NCBI GenBank assembly: GCA_964514375.1
Contig: CAZEQH010000005.1
Location: forward strand, 1-57,340
Reading direction: 5' to 3'
DNA: 57,340 nt
DNA from: an uncultured Candidatus Saccharibacteria bacterium
GTDB taxonomy: Bacteria > Patescibacteriota > Minisyncoccia > Minisyncoccales > JANBVM01
In this document: piece by piece, positions 46,733 to 55,261 of the stretch
Layout: every line of letters begins with the position of its first letter
How positions within the stretch are numbered: the first letter of the stretch is position 1
The notes under the pieces: model-generated
Seen by the model: the letters and a program-made list of their open reading frames with translations, nothing else
What the model was told of the DNA's origin: nothing
Databases searched by the model: none
Program-made: the position numbers and the translations under genes

Positions 46733-47209
46733 ATGATTAACGAACTTTTCCTTCAACTTTCGGGCTTGGGTTATGTAGGCATTTTTATTATAAACCTGAT
46801 AGGTGCTTCGACTATAATTTTTCCCATGCCAGCTGCAGCTTTCGTGCTGGCCTCGGGAGCTTTCTTGAACCCCGTTCTTTTGGGTCTTAGTGCGGGCTTG
46901 GGAGCAGCTTTGGGTGAGTTGGTTGGATACGGTTTAGGATTGGGAAGCAGGAAAATTGGAGAAAAAAAATTTGATAAGGAATTATTGAAGGCGGAAAAAA
47001 TGTTTGAGAAATACGGAGGGTTTGTGACGCTGATGGTGTTCGCCGCTACTCCTCTGCCGGATGACGTAGTAGGTGTGGTGGCTGGCATATTAAACTACAA
47101 GGTTAAGAAGTTTTTCATAGCTGTCCTAATTGGGAAAATCGTTCTTAATATAACTTTAGCTGCAGCAGGTTTCTACGGTATTAAAGGAATAATAAAGTAT
47201 TTTTTTTAA
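46733..47209 (+). CDS. VTT / DedA-family membrane protein
   Basis: GAALGELVGYGLG, FAATPLPDD, GKIV. Confidence 0.85.
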   Translation: MINELFLQLSGLGYVGIFIINLIGASTIIFPMPAAAFVLASGAFLNPVLLGLSAGLGAALGELVGYGLGLGSRKIGEKKFDKELLKAEKMFEKYGGFVTLMVFAATPLPDDVVGVVAGILNYKVKKFFIAVLIGKIVLNITLAAAGFYGIKGIIKYFF

Positions 47210-47212
47210 TCT

Positions 47213-47515
47213 ATGAATATCGTCAAAAAGATTATCTTTTTTATCAGGAAAATTCTGGAAAAACTGCTGGTTTTCCTGGAACTATTTTTGTTTTTGAGAT
47301 TGCTTTTGAAGCTCTTGGCCGCTAATCCCTTTACTCCGGTAGTAAAATACCTATACAGATACAGCGGTCTTCTGGTAGAGCCATTTCAATATATATTCCC
47401 CGATTTCTATTGGAGAGGGAAGCTTGTTGAGATGTCCGCTATTTCAGCCATGATAGGGTATGGTATTGCGGTATATGTTGTCGTGCGTCTAATAAACATA
47501 TTGTTAAAAGATTAA
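47213..47515 (+). CDS. YggT family membrane protein
   Basis: LRLLLKLLAANP...LVEPF. Confidence 0.8.
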   Translation: MNIVKKIIFFIRKILEKLLVFLELFLFLRLLLKLLAANPFTPVVKYLYRYSGLLVEPFQYIFPDFYWRGKLVEMSAISAMIGYGIAVYVVVRLINILLKD

Positions 47516-47520
47516 TCTCT

Positions 47521-48003
47521 TTGCCTTTCGGACGGGACACTATGCCTGCTGAAAATAAAGAAAAAAGGAAACCTAAGATAATAATGTTTTTAATAGATAC
47601 GCTGTTGGGTATGCTGTTGAAGAATATCTTTTCTATGGCGGGCTATGAGGTTAAAGCTTTCTACAGCTATCAGGGTGCCGCGGAGACCATTATTAAGGAG
47701 AAGCCCGACATTTTAATCTGCGATGTTTTGTTAGACAAAACCAAAGAGAGGGTGGACAAGATAGGAGGATTTGATGCCATCAAAATATTCAAGTCAGACA
47801 AGAAAACTGCCGATATTCCCGTGGTTATCTTAAGCGACCTCTGTTATGAAGAAAACGTCAAGATGGGCTTGAGATTGGGGGCGGAAGAATATCTGTGTCT
47901 TGCCTTGTATCCTCCTTATAAAACTTTGGAGTTTGTAACAAACTTTTTGATAGAGAAGAAATATTTTAAGAAGGAGGATTTTAATCTCGTGAGAGGAAAA
48001 TGA
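47521..48003 (+). CDS. Single-domain response regulator
   Basis: KPDILICDV, IPVVILS, GAEEYL. Confidence 0.8.
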   Translation: MPFGRDTMPAENKEKRKPKIIMFLIDTLLGMLLKNIFSMAGYEVKAFYSYQGAAETIIKEKPDILICDVLLDKTKERVDKIGGFDAIKIFKSDKKTADIPVVILSDLCYEENVKMGLRLGAEEYLCLALYPPYKTLEFVTNFLIEKKYFKKEDFNLVRGK

Positions 48004-48617
48004 AGTCTTTTAAATCTATAGAAGCAGTTTTGGCTTTTCTGCTGATGATTGCAGTGGTTTTTGGAGTCTGGCATTCAAGGGAGACAAAACCTGAAGAAGA
48101 AACCGTAAAAGACAAAATTTTTTCTGTTCTGGCAGGATTTGATTTCCGTGACCCCGAGAGCTTTTCTTCGGTTTCCCAGATAGAAGAATTAGGGGAAAAG
48201 ACGGTGCCCGTGCTTCAGGGTCTGCTTGACAGTGATTCCATTTCCGAACGCTGGGCGGCCGTAATTCTTCTGCCCAGGTTTGCCGCACAAAATGAGGAGC
48301 TTGTGCCGTCAGTTGTTTCCGGGCTGACTAAGACCTTAGATGACCATGACGATACCCTGCGGATGCTTTCAGCCGTACAGCTAGCTTCTTTGGGGGAGAA
48401 AGATGGCATAAGGGTTTTGATTGAATCTTTATCTTCAGAAGAAACCACTCATTTTGGAGAACCGCCGGAATTGGTAAGGGAAAGAGCTTTGATTTACTTA
48501 CAACATTATACCGATTTTAACGGGACTTCTTTGTCGGCGTGGGAGAGCTGGTGGCAGGAAAACCAGACAGGATTGTTTTGGAACGCAGAGAAGAAGGTTT
48601 TTGAAACAAATCAATAA
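48000..48617 (+). CDS. Membrane-anchored HEAT-repeat protein
   Basis: N-terminal TM; LDDHDDTLRMLSAVQLASLG HEAT-like repeats. Confidence 0.7.
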   Translation: MKSFKSIEAVLAFLLMIAVVFGVWHSRETKPEEETVKDKIFSVLAGFDFRDPESFSSVSQIEELGEKTVPVLQGLLDSDSISERWAAVILLPRFAAQNEELVPSVVSGLTKTLDDHDDTLRMLSAVQLASLGEKDGIRVLIESLSSEETTHFGEPPELVRERALIYLQHYTDFNGTSLSAWESWWQENQTGLFWNAEKKVFETNQ

Positions 48618-48623
48618 ATTATC

Positions 48624-50192
48624 ATGAAAGGGAAGTTGATAACATTGCTAATAATTATATCTCTGTTCGTTCTTGGCGGGACGGCTCAAGCCAGGACTAC
48701 CGTTACCGTAAAGAATCGTACCATTGAAGTGGCTTTGAATCTTGCCTTTTCCTTTAAGGACAAAATTTCCTCAAAGGAACAGGAGCGCCTGATTGCAGAA
48801 TGGGTGGACGGTATGATGGATATATGGAACAACCCTGATTTTTCTTACGGGTCCTGTCGATATCCTGTCCATTTTCAGGTTACAACCGAGATACTGCCCG
48901 AAGACAAGACTTGTCTTGATGCACAGGAAAAGATGCCTGGTTTCCACTGCATCACCGTGGTCAGCAGTCCTGTTAATGCACGAGGCAATATCTCTGATTC
49001 TTCTTTAGTCTCACAGCAGTCTCCCAATAGTTACGGCGAGTGGACTGTCCACGCCACACCGGAGGACGCCGCCCATGAAATGGGGCACATGATGGGTTTG
49101 GGGAGAGAATATTACAGAGATGAGCGGGGTAATTGGATAACTGATAAACCTGAGGCGAATGACAGTATCATGGCCAGGGTCTGGAGTGAAGCCCAAGCCA
49201 AACAGTATCACATCGACGAGATTATGGAAGAAGCCGGAATTTCCTGTCCAAAGTCTTATGCCGGCGGCGAAGTAAAGGATATTATTCTGGTGGGGGACAT
49301 CATGATGGACAGGGGAGTTGAGTATTTTATGGACAAAAACAGCAGTGTTTTTTATCCCTTTGAAAAATTTAAAGATTTTTCCGAGGGCAAAGATATAATA
49401 TTCGGCAATCTTGAAGGGCCCATAGTTACAAATTATCAGATATCTCCTGAGGAAGAGTATCGTTTTGCCTTTGCCCCGGATACTGCCGAAGCCCTCAGCT
49501 TTGCCAATTTCAATCTGGTTTCTCTGGCCAATAACCATACCCTCAATATGGGGAGGGAAGGCTTTGAAGAAACCAAAGATTTTTTGAGTGTTTCTGGTAT
49601 AGATTTTATCGGAGATTCTGTCTACTGCAACCCGGAAGACGGCTGGCAAACGGAGGGTTTGGTTTTTTTGGCTTTCAATAAGACATTTCCTTTTAATTGC
49701 GGAGACGAAGAGATTACAGGAGTTATAAGAGATGTTTCAATAGAAAATCCTGATAAATTGCTGATAGTCAGTTTTCACTGGGGCAATGAATACCAGGAGA
49801 CGAGCTCTATTTTTCAGCAGGAACTGGCCCATAAGTCCGTGGACGCCGGAGCAGACCTCATAGTAGGCCAGCACCCCCACGTGGTGCAGGAAATCGAAGA
49901 ATACAAAGGAAAGCTTATTTTTTATTCCTTAGGCAACTTTTTATTCGACCAGTTTTTTTCCGAAGAAACCAAGCAGGGCTTGGTGGTTGAGGCCGTATTA
50001 TTCCAGGATTACACAATTTATAAGCTTTTCCCTTTTGACTTAAGCTTGGCCCAGCCGACTATGATGCAGGGTGAAGATAAAAACAATTTTTTAGGAAAAT
50101 TGGCACTGAGGTCTGATGAGGCCCTTACCTATCAAATAAAAGAAGGAGTTATAACAATCGAGTCGCAAAATATTATTTTAAATGTAGATTAG
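48624..50192 (+). CDS. Secreted zincin-like domain fused to a CapA (PGA_cap) metallophosphatase domain
   Basis: Signal peptide; HEMGHMMGL; VGDIMMDR, GNLEGP, LANNHTLN, SFHWGNEY, GQHPHVVQ, YSLGNFLFDQ. Confidence 0.85.
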   Translation: MKGKLITLLIIISLFVLGGTAQARTTVTVKNRTIEVALNLAFSFKDKISSKEQERLIAEWVDGMMDIWNNPDFSYGSCRYPVHFQVTTEILPEDKTCLDAQEKMPGFHCITVVSSPVNARGNISDSSLVSQQSPNSYGEWTVHATPEDAAHEMGHMMGLGREYYRDERGNWITDKPEANDSIMARVWSEAQAKQYHIDEIMEEAGISCPKSYAGGEVKDIILVGDIMMDRGVEYFMDKNSSVFYPFEKFKDFSEGKDIIFGNLEGPIVTNYQISPEEEYRFAFAPDTAEALSFANFNLVSLANNHTLNMGREGFEETKDFLSVSGIDFIGDSVYCNPEDGWQTEGLVFLAFNKTFPFNCGDEEITGVIRDVSIENPDKLLIVSFHWGNEYQETSSIFQQELAHKSVDAGADLIVGQHPHVVQEIEEYKGKLIFYSLGNFLFDQFFSEETKQGLVVEAVLFQDYTIYKLFPFDLSLAQPTMMQGEDKNNFLGKLALRSDEALTYQIKEGVITIESQNIILNVD

Positions 50193-50206
50193 CCTAAGAT
50201 AATTTT

Positions 50207-50422
50207 ATGCCTGAAAAATTTGAGAATTTGGACAAATGGCTGAAGCCTGAGGAGGAAGAAGAGAAAAAAAAGGAAGAAAAAGACGGAAAAGCCAAAAAGC
50301 CGACCTTAGATAAATGGATGAATCCGCCGGCTGGCGGAAAAGAAAAAGAGGAGGAAGAAGAGGATGATGACATGAAAAAACAAGGTTACGGAGATAAAGA
50401 TTTTCTTCGTCCTTTTGGATGA
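50207..50422 (+). CDS. Small highly charged hypothetical protein
   Basis: Two LDKW motifs, poly-Glu, NPPAGG. Confidence 0.5.
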   Translation: MPEKFENLDKWLKPEEEEEKKKEEKDGKAKKPTLDKWMNPPAGGKEKEEEEEDDDMKKQGYGDKDFLRPFG

Positions 50423-50692
50423 GTTTGCTTGACTATTTTTACAAAAGATTTACAGTTTATTAGTAAAACAAAAATTTAAAAACGAGGTGGGAATGAATGT
50501 TCAAAAAATTAAAAGCAGTTTGTAAGCTTTCGAAGGTAATGTCTGAATTGAATTTATATAAATTCAGGCTCCCCAGGTCTTTTTAAATTAATTATCTGTA
50601 AGCTCTTTCTAAAAGAGCTTTTTATTTTACCCCCGGGCAGTTGTCAATTTAAGGGAATGGCGGTAAAGTAGATATAGTAACCAGATAAACAT

Positions 50693-51529
50693 ATGAAAAA
50701 AACATTTATTCTGCTTATTGGCATCGTTCTTGCCACATTAATTACAGGTATTTTCACGGTTTGGTATTGTCCTGCCTGCCGCCAGAAGCTTTTCCCGCAA
50801 AAGGAAGCTCCGGCAGCTACTTTCCAGGAATGTGTGGACAGAGGGTACCCTGTTATGGAGTCCTATCCCCGCCAGTGCCGGACACCCGAAGGCAGGGTGT
50901 TTATTGAAGATATAGGCAACGAACTGGAGAAAGCGGATCTCATAAGAGTTTCAAACCCTCGCCCTAATCAATCCGTAGCCAGCCCCTTAACCATTAATGG
51001 GGAAGCCAGGGGTTACTGGTTTTTCGAAGCGAGTTTTCCCGTAGTATTGTTTGATGCAGAAGGCAATACGTTAGCCCAGGGTATTGCTCAGGCTAAGTCA
51101 GACTGGATGACCGAAGACTTCGTTCCTTTCGAGTCAGAGCTTCAGTTTGCAGCTCCTGCTACTGTGGAGGGAAATCTGGTTTTAAAGAAGGATAATCCTT
51201 CCGGGCTTCCGGAAAACGATGACGAACTGATAGTGCCTGTGCTGTTCAGTCAGGTCTCGCAGCTGCCCAATCCTGCTTCCGTTTACTGCGAGCAGCAGGG
51301 TGGTACTGAGGAAAATAGGGATTTCACGGCTGGAACTAAAGGATTTTGTATTTTTGATGACGATTCTGAGTGCGACGAATGGAACCTTATGCGGGGAAAT
51401 TGCCATGCGGGAGAAATTTTCTGCAAAGATCTCTGCGGAGACAGCCAGTGCCAGGAAATAGTCTGTGCGGCAGTGGGATGTCCTTGCGCCGAAACCCCCG
51501 TTTCCTGTCCCCAGGACTGCGGAGAATAA
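50693..51529 (+). CDS. Gmad2 Ig-like plus DUF333 plus Cys-rich exported protein
   Basis: FQECVDRGYPVMESYPRQC, GYWFFEASFPV, LPNPASVYCEQQGG. Confidence 0.8.
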   Translation: MKKTFILLIGIVLATLITGIFTVWYCPACRQKLFPQKEAPAATFQECVDRGYPVMESYPRQCRTPEGRVFIEDIGNELEKADLIRVSNPRPNQSVASPLTINGEARGYWFFEASFPVVLFDAEGNTLAQGIAQAKSDWMTEDFVPFESELQFAAPATVEGNLVLKKDNPSGLPENDDELIVPVLFSQVSQLPNPASVYCEQQGGTEENRDFTAGTKGFCIFDDDSECDEWNLMRGNCHAGEIFCKDLCGDSQCQEIVCAAVGCPCAETPVSCPQDCGE

Positions 51530-51671
51530 CTCCATTATATTGTGATTATCATTAAGAACAGCCTTGAATTAAAGGCTGTTCTCATTCAAGCTCTTATTTT
51601 CGAAGAATAATTCTTCTGACGTATAAGTATTCCTGGGTGAGAGTTTTCCACAGTTTTTACACTATGGAGGG

Positions 51672-51699
51672 TTGACACTATGACAGGGTCTGTTAAGAT
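51672..51699 (+). promoter_or_regulatory. Promoter of ncRNA candidate 1
   Basis: TTGACA-16-TAAGAT with TGn extended -10. Confidence 0.6.
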
Positions 51700-51705
51700 T
51701 TAAAA

Positions 51706-51980
51706 CGCAGACGGGAAAACTATGGGATAGTCTGCAAACACACTCGACGGTAATCCGTCACTTTGTAAATTTTTTACGAAGGTCCGCAAGGAGAGGGTTA
51801 GGTCCCATACAATGTATTTTTCAACGCACAGATAGCAGGTAATACTGCCGTCAAACAAAATATATACCTCGAAAGGGGAAATCAGGCGAAAGCTAGTTAT
51901 TATATATTAAATACGTTGAAAATAAAAATACATTGAAGAGAACAATCCGAAAGGAGAATCTCAAGACCACTCCTTTTTTC
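51706..51980 (+). ncRNA. Unidentified structured RNA candidate 1
   Basis: Many helices, four GNRA tetraloops, 8-bp pseudoknot, no ORF in the track. Confidence 0.6.
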
Positions 51981-52016
51981 TTTATACTGAGTAAAACCGA
52001 AGTATTTGTTTACATT

Positions 52017-52047
52017 AAAAAAGCCGGCTCTTACGAGGGCCGGCTTT
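52017..52047. terminator. Terminator-like hairpin
   Basis: AAAGCCGGCTCT-TACG-AGGGCCGGCTTT; the longer U tract is on the minus strand. Confidence 0.7.
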
Positions 52048-52278
52048 CAGTTCTATTATTATCCGACAGAGGTCCGACCTCTGTAAATTTATGAGCAAAG
52101 GAGGGAAGTATTTGTGGTGCCGCCTTTGGCCCGCTTCGCCGTCGAATCGGGGCGAGCGATCCTCGCCCGTTGGGCGGGAGCGAAGTCGTACATCATGAGC
52201 GGCGCCGAAAGAAACCACTTGTACTGGGCGAGCGGAGGAGAAGGAGGGAATGATCTTGTGGTGAGCTGCGCCGAACCA

Positions 52279-52307
52279 TTGACAAATTCAATAATATATT
52301 ATATAAT
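52279..52307 (+). promoter_or_regulatory. Perfect consensus sigma70 promoter
   Basis: TTGACA-17-TATAAT. Confidence 0.85.
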
Positions 52308-52314
52308 AGTGATT

Positions 52315-52735
52315 ATGATAGTGAGAAAAAATACAGAAGTATTTTCCTTCTCCTTCATTATTAAAAATTAGAACCGAGTGAGAAAGGTTTTAAATAGTCG
52401 CCTAAAAATCAACCCAAGAGGGTAAAGCACGACTGTTATTACCCACGGTAGAACAACGTTGACGGTTCCTGCTGCGCTGCGGCTAGAGAGCTGAGTGAAA
52501 TGACGCCAAAGAGAGGCGCCGAAGCAGGTATTGCACTATGGCTGAGATAGCAAAGTTCCTGTTTGTTCTAGGTAGGGGAAGAAAGCGTGTAAAGTAGCGG
52601 GCTTGACTATACCATTAACTCCTCGTTTCTATTTTCCAATTTTCTTACTTTTTGAGCCTTTCAGGCAGCTGGAAAGTTCAAAAAAGTTGACAGAAGTATT
52701 AAAAAAGGACGGCATCTCAAGGCCGTTCTTTTTTT
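52315..52735 (+). ncRNA. Unidentified structured RNA candidate 2 (with an 18-codon 5' sORF)
   Basis: Lies between a promoter and a terminator; long-range helices; no long ORF. Confidence 0.5.
52701..52735 (+). terminator. Intrinsic terminator
   Basis: AAAAAAGGACGGC/GCCGTTCTTTTTT. Confidence 0.8.
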
Positions 52736-52809
52736 AATGCTTAATTTGACAAGGAAATATTTTGAAACTAAATTAAAGTAGAAACTTAAATCATACAAAA
52801 GGAGGTGGT

Positions 52810-53073
52810 ATGAAAATGGGAGAGGTAATGCTCAGGTGTGAAAAGTGCAAACAGATAGTCGATGAAGACCCGAGGTGCTACCGGGAAGGATGCGACGGAA
52901 AACTGGAAATAGTTGCCGAAGACAAAACAGCCAACGTAGTTTTTTGCAAGAAATGCAGAAGGTCTTGCCTCATCGACGATTACAAAGTGCAGTGTCCTTT
53001 CTGCGGAAGCTCAGCGATATTTTTCATAACGGCAGACCTGGCTAAAAAAGAAAGGGAAAGAGCGGCATCTTGA
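52810..53073 (+). CDS. Double zinc-ribbon small protein
   Basis: CEKC, C-x4-C, CKKC, CPFC; AAGGAGGT SD; own promoter TTGACA-17-TAAATT at 52746-52774. Confidence 0.7.
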   Translation: MKMGEVMLRCEKCKQIVDEDPRCYREGCDGKLEIVAEDKTANVVFCKKCRRSCLIDDYKVQCPFCGSSAIFFITADLAKKERERAAS

Positions 53074-53091
53074 ATGCCGCCCTTTATTTTC

Positions 53092-53502
53092 TTATTGTCT
53101 TCTAGCTAAGGAAACGACTTTTGATTTGATGATATCCCTGATCTTCCGGACGCCATCCATGTTCTCGTGGTAGGGGTCTTTTATCTCCCAGAATACAGCC
53201 TTCTTGCTATTCAGCACAAAATCCGGGCAATATTGTTTCTGACACATAACAATTACTTTATCGCTTTCGTCTATCATTCCCTTGGTAACAATCTTCACTT
53301 TTTTATCGGACACATCAATTCCTTCCTCTTTCATTACTTCAATAATGTCTTCTGTGGGATGAGCGTATCTCTCAGGCGTTGTGGAGTCTACGCCCGCACT
53401 TATGGCTTCCCCGGAGCTGGTCAGATGATTGTAAAATGCCTCTGCCATCTGGCTCCTTCCTATATTCCCGCGGCAAATGAAAAGCATTTTTTTGTCACTC
53501 AT
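53092..53502 (-). CDS. Low-MW protein-tyrosine phosphatase / ArsC family
   Basis: FICRGNIGRSQMAEA P-loop, W-x-I-x-DP. Confidence 0.9.
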   Translation of the reverse strand: MSDKKMLFICRGNIGRSQMAEAFYNHLTSSGEAISAGVDSTTPERYAHPTEDIIEVMKEEGIDVSDKKVKIVTKGMIDESDKVIVMCQKQYCPDFVLNSKKAVFWEIKDPYHENMDGVRKIRDIIKSKVVSLARRQ

Positions 53503-53608
53503 AATTTGTATTACAAATAATACGATTAATAATTAAAGATAATTAATAGTTATGACTTTGGCAAATTCTTAATTTAAAAAAGAAAAAAATCTGATAATAT
53601 TAAAGCAT

Positions 53609-54325
53609 ATGGACAAATCTATTACCATATTATCGACCTTTGCCCAGGATAAAATTATCAATAAAGATGCGGGAACGGAAAGAATCGTAAGAGGCGGTCC
53701 TGCCTTTTATATTTCCAAAGTTTTTGAGGAAGAAAAATTACCATTCAATCTCATAACGGCTTCCAATGCCGAAGTAGAGATATTGATAAAAGAGGACAGT
53801 GAGAAAGGAAGATTAGTGAAAAAACCCGTTATTAAGAAAGTAGATTTTATTAAAATCAAAACTCCTTTTCTTCTGATTTCCACTATTCTGGATGATTTCG
53901 ATTTAGAAAATATATCTGCTTTTAAGGGTAAGGTGTTTTTAGATATACAGGGGTATGTGAGAGACGGAGAGAGATTTGGAGGAAAAAAATTGTACAATCT
54001 TCAGACGAAAGTACAGTCTTCGATATTCTGCTTAAAGGGAACGGAAGAGGAACTGAATTATATCCCTAGGAATTGGCTAACCTCCCAGAAGAAAAAAATT
54101 CTAATTATCACCAAGGGAAAGTCTGGATGTATTTTATTTACATCTGGAGAAGAGTTTGAGTTGAATGTTTCAAGAAAAATAGTTTCTCACAATACTATCG
54201 GAGCCGGAGACACTTTTTTTGCTTATATTATCAGTCACTTTATCAATACCAATAACATCAAGGAGAGTATAGGCTATGCCATTGAGAAAACCTCGGATTT
54301 TTTACTCTCTAAAAGCAGTCCATGA
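53609..54325 (+). CDS. PfkB-family carbohydrate/nucleoside kinase
   Basis: GGPAFY, IITKGKSG, NTIGAGDTF. Confidence 0.85.
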   Translation: MDKSITILSTFAQDKIINKDAGTERIVRGGPAFYISKVFEEEKLPFNLITASNAEVEILIKEDSEKGRLVKKPVIKKVDFIKIKTPFLLISTILDDFDLENISAFKGKVFLDIQGYVRDGERFGGKKLYNLQTKVQSSIFCLKGTEEELNYIPRNWLTSQKKKILIITKGKSGCILFTSGEEFELNVSRKIVSHNTIGAGDTFFAYIISHFINTNNIKESIGYAIEKTSDFLLSKSSP

Positions 54326-54382
54326 CAAGCTTTACGGTAGATAGAAATTAAGCTCGTAAATAGTTATTTTGCGGGCAATTTT

Positions 54383-55207
54383 TTATAATTTTGACTTAGT
54401 GTTAAAAAATCTCTGTTCAATATAATTCAGAATATCAACAACCCCCTTAGTATATGCTTTATTAGAAACGTAATCGGCTTCCTCCTTAACTTCACTCAGA
54501 GCATTTGCAACCGTAAAAAATCCCTCTGCTTCTTGACGTGTTTCTGAATCAATTAAATCGTCACCAATCATAAATAAAAGGTATTCAGGGTAAAATTTCC
54601 TTATTTTATTTAGAGCTTTTGTTTTGTTTACATATCGCGGCCAAAATATAACGTTTCCAAAAGATTTTGTACTTTCCACTGATAAGCCTAATTGTTTTTT
54701 AAGAAAATACTTTTTTAAAAAAATGCATAATTCATTCGCTAATCGGATATCTCTCTTTCCATATCGGAAGATGTGGACACTTCCTGTATACTTCCTAAAT
54801 TTATTCAGGAATATTCCGAGAGGAATTTTCTTGAGTTTTTTAGACCTGATAGCTTTTACCGTATTAGTGCTCGAAAACTGGCAGCTTAACCTGTTTTCCT
54901 TGATAAAAGCCTTTATCGCTTCAACTGACATTTTATTAAGCAAGGGAGGTCTTTTTATCAAAAAAATTTTTCGTGCATTTAAGGATTTTAAGAAATACAC
55001 CCCATTCTCTAAAATAACCGGACCATTGAGTCCAAATTGACTATAAATAGGTACGATATCTTCGAGTGAACGATTAGAGTTCAAACCAAAAAGCACTCCC
55101 AGCTTGGCTAACTTTTGGATAATAGAGGGTAACTTTTTGGTATTCGGACGTTGATTTGGTTGAATCAACGTACCGTCAATATCTAAAAAGGTTAATACTT
55201 TTTTCAT
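54383..55207 (-). CDS. HAD class IIB (Cof-like) hydrolase
   Basis: LDIDGTLI, ENG, VNKTKAL, MIGDDLID. Confidence 0.85.
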   Translation of the reverse strand: MKKVLTFLDIDGTLIQPNQRPNTKKLPSIIQKLAKLGVLFGLNSNRSLEDIVPIYSQFGLNGPVILENGVYFLKSLNARKIFLIKRPPLLNKMSVEAIKAFIKENRLSCQFSSTNTVKAIRSKKLKKIPLGIFLNKFRKYTGSVHIFRYGKRDIRLANELCIFLKKYFLKKQLGLSVESTKSFGNVIFWPRYVNKTKALNKIRKFYPEYLLFMIGDDLIDSETRQEAEGFFTVANALSEVKEEADYVSNKAYTKGVVDILNYIEQRFFNTKSKL

Positions 55208-55261
55208 AATATATTATATAAAAAAATAGAGTAGTATTTTTAAACTACTCCTTATTATGAA

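Noticed and set aside
52114-52314. 85-aa ORF 52114-52371 as a real protein
   Set aside because: Its first two-thirds translate a GC-rich repeat cassette and a promoter; only the last 18 codons follow the promoter
52485-52530. Glycine or lysine riboswitch (GAGAG...GGCGCCGAAG)
   Set aside because: The remaining consensus elements are missing and no relevant gene follows before the terminator
51706-52735. RNase P RNA, tmRNA, SRP RNA, or group I/II intron
   Set aside because: No GAGGAAAGUCC, tRNA-like ends, SRP helix-8 motif or domain V found by eye; a covariance search is still needed
53504-53518. ATTTGTA-T-TACAAAT palindrome as an ArsR operator
   Set aside because: AT-rich, single instance, and no arsR gene in the window
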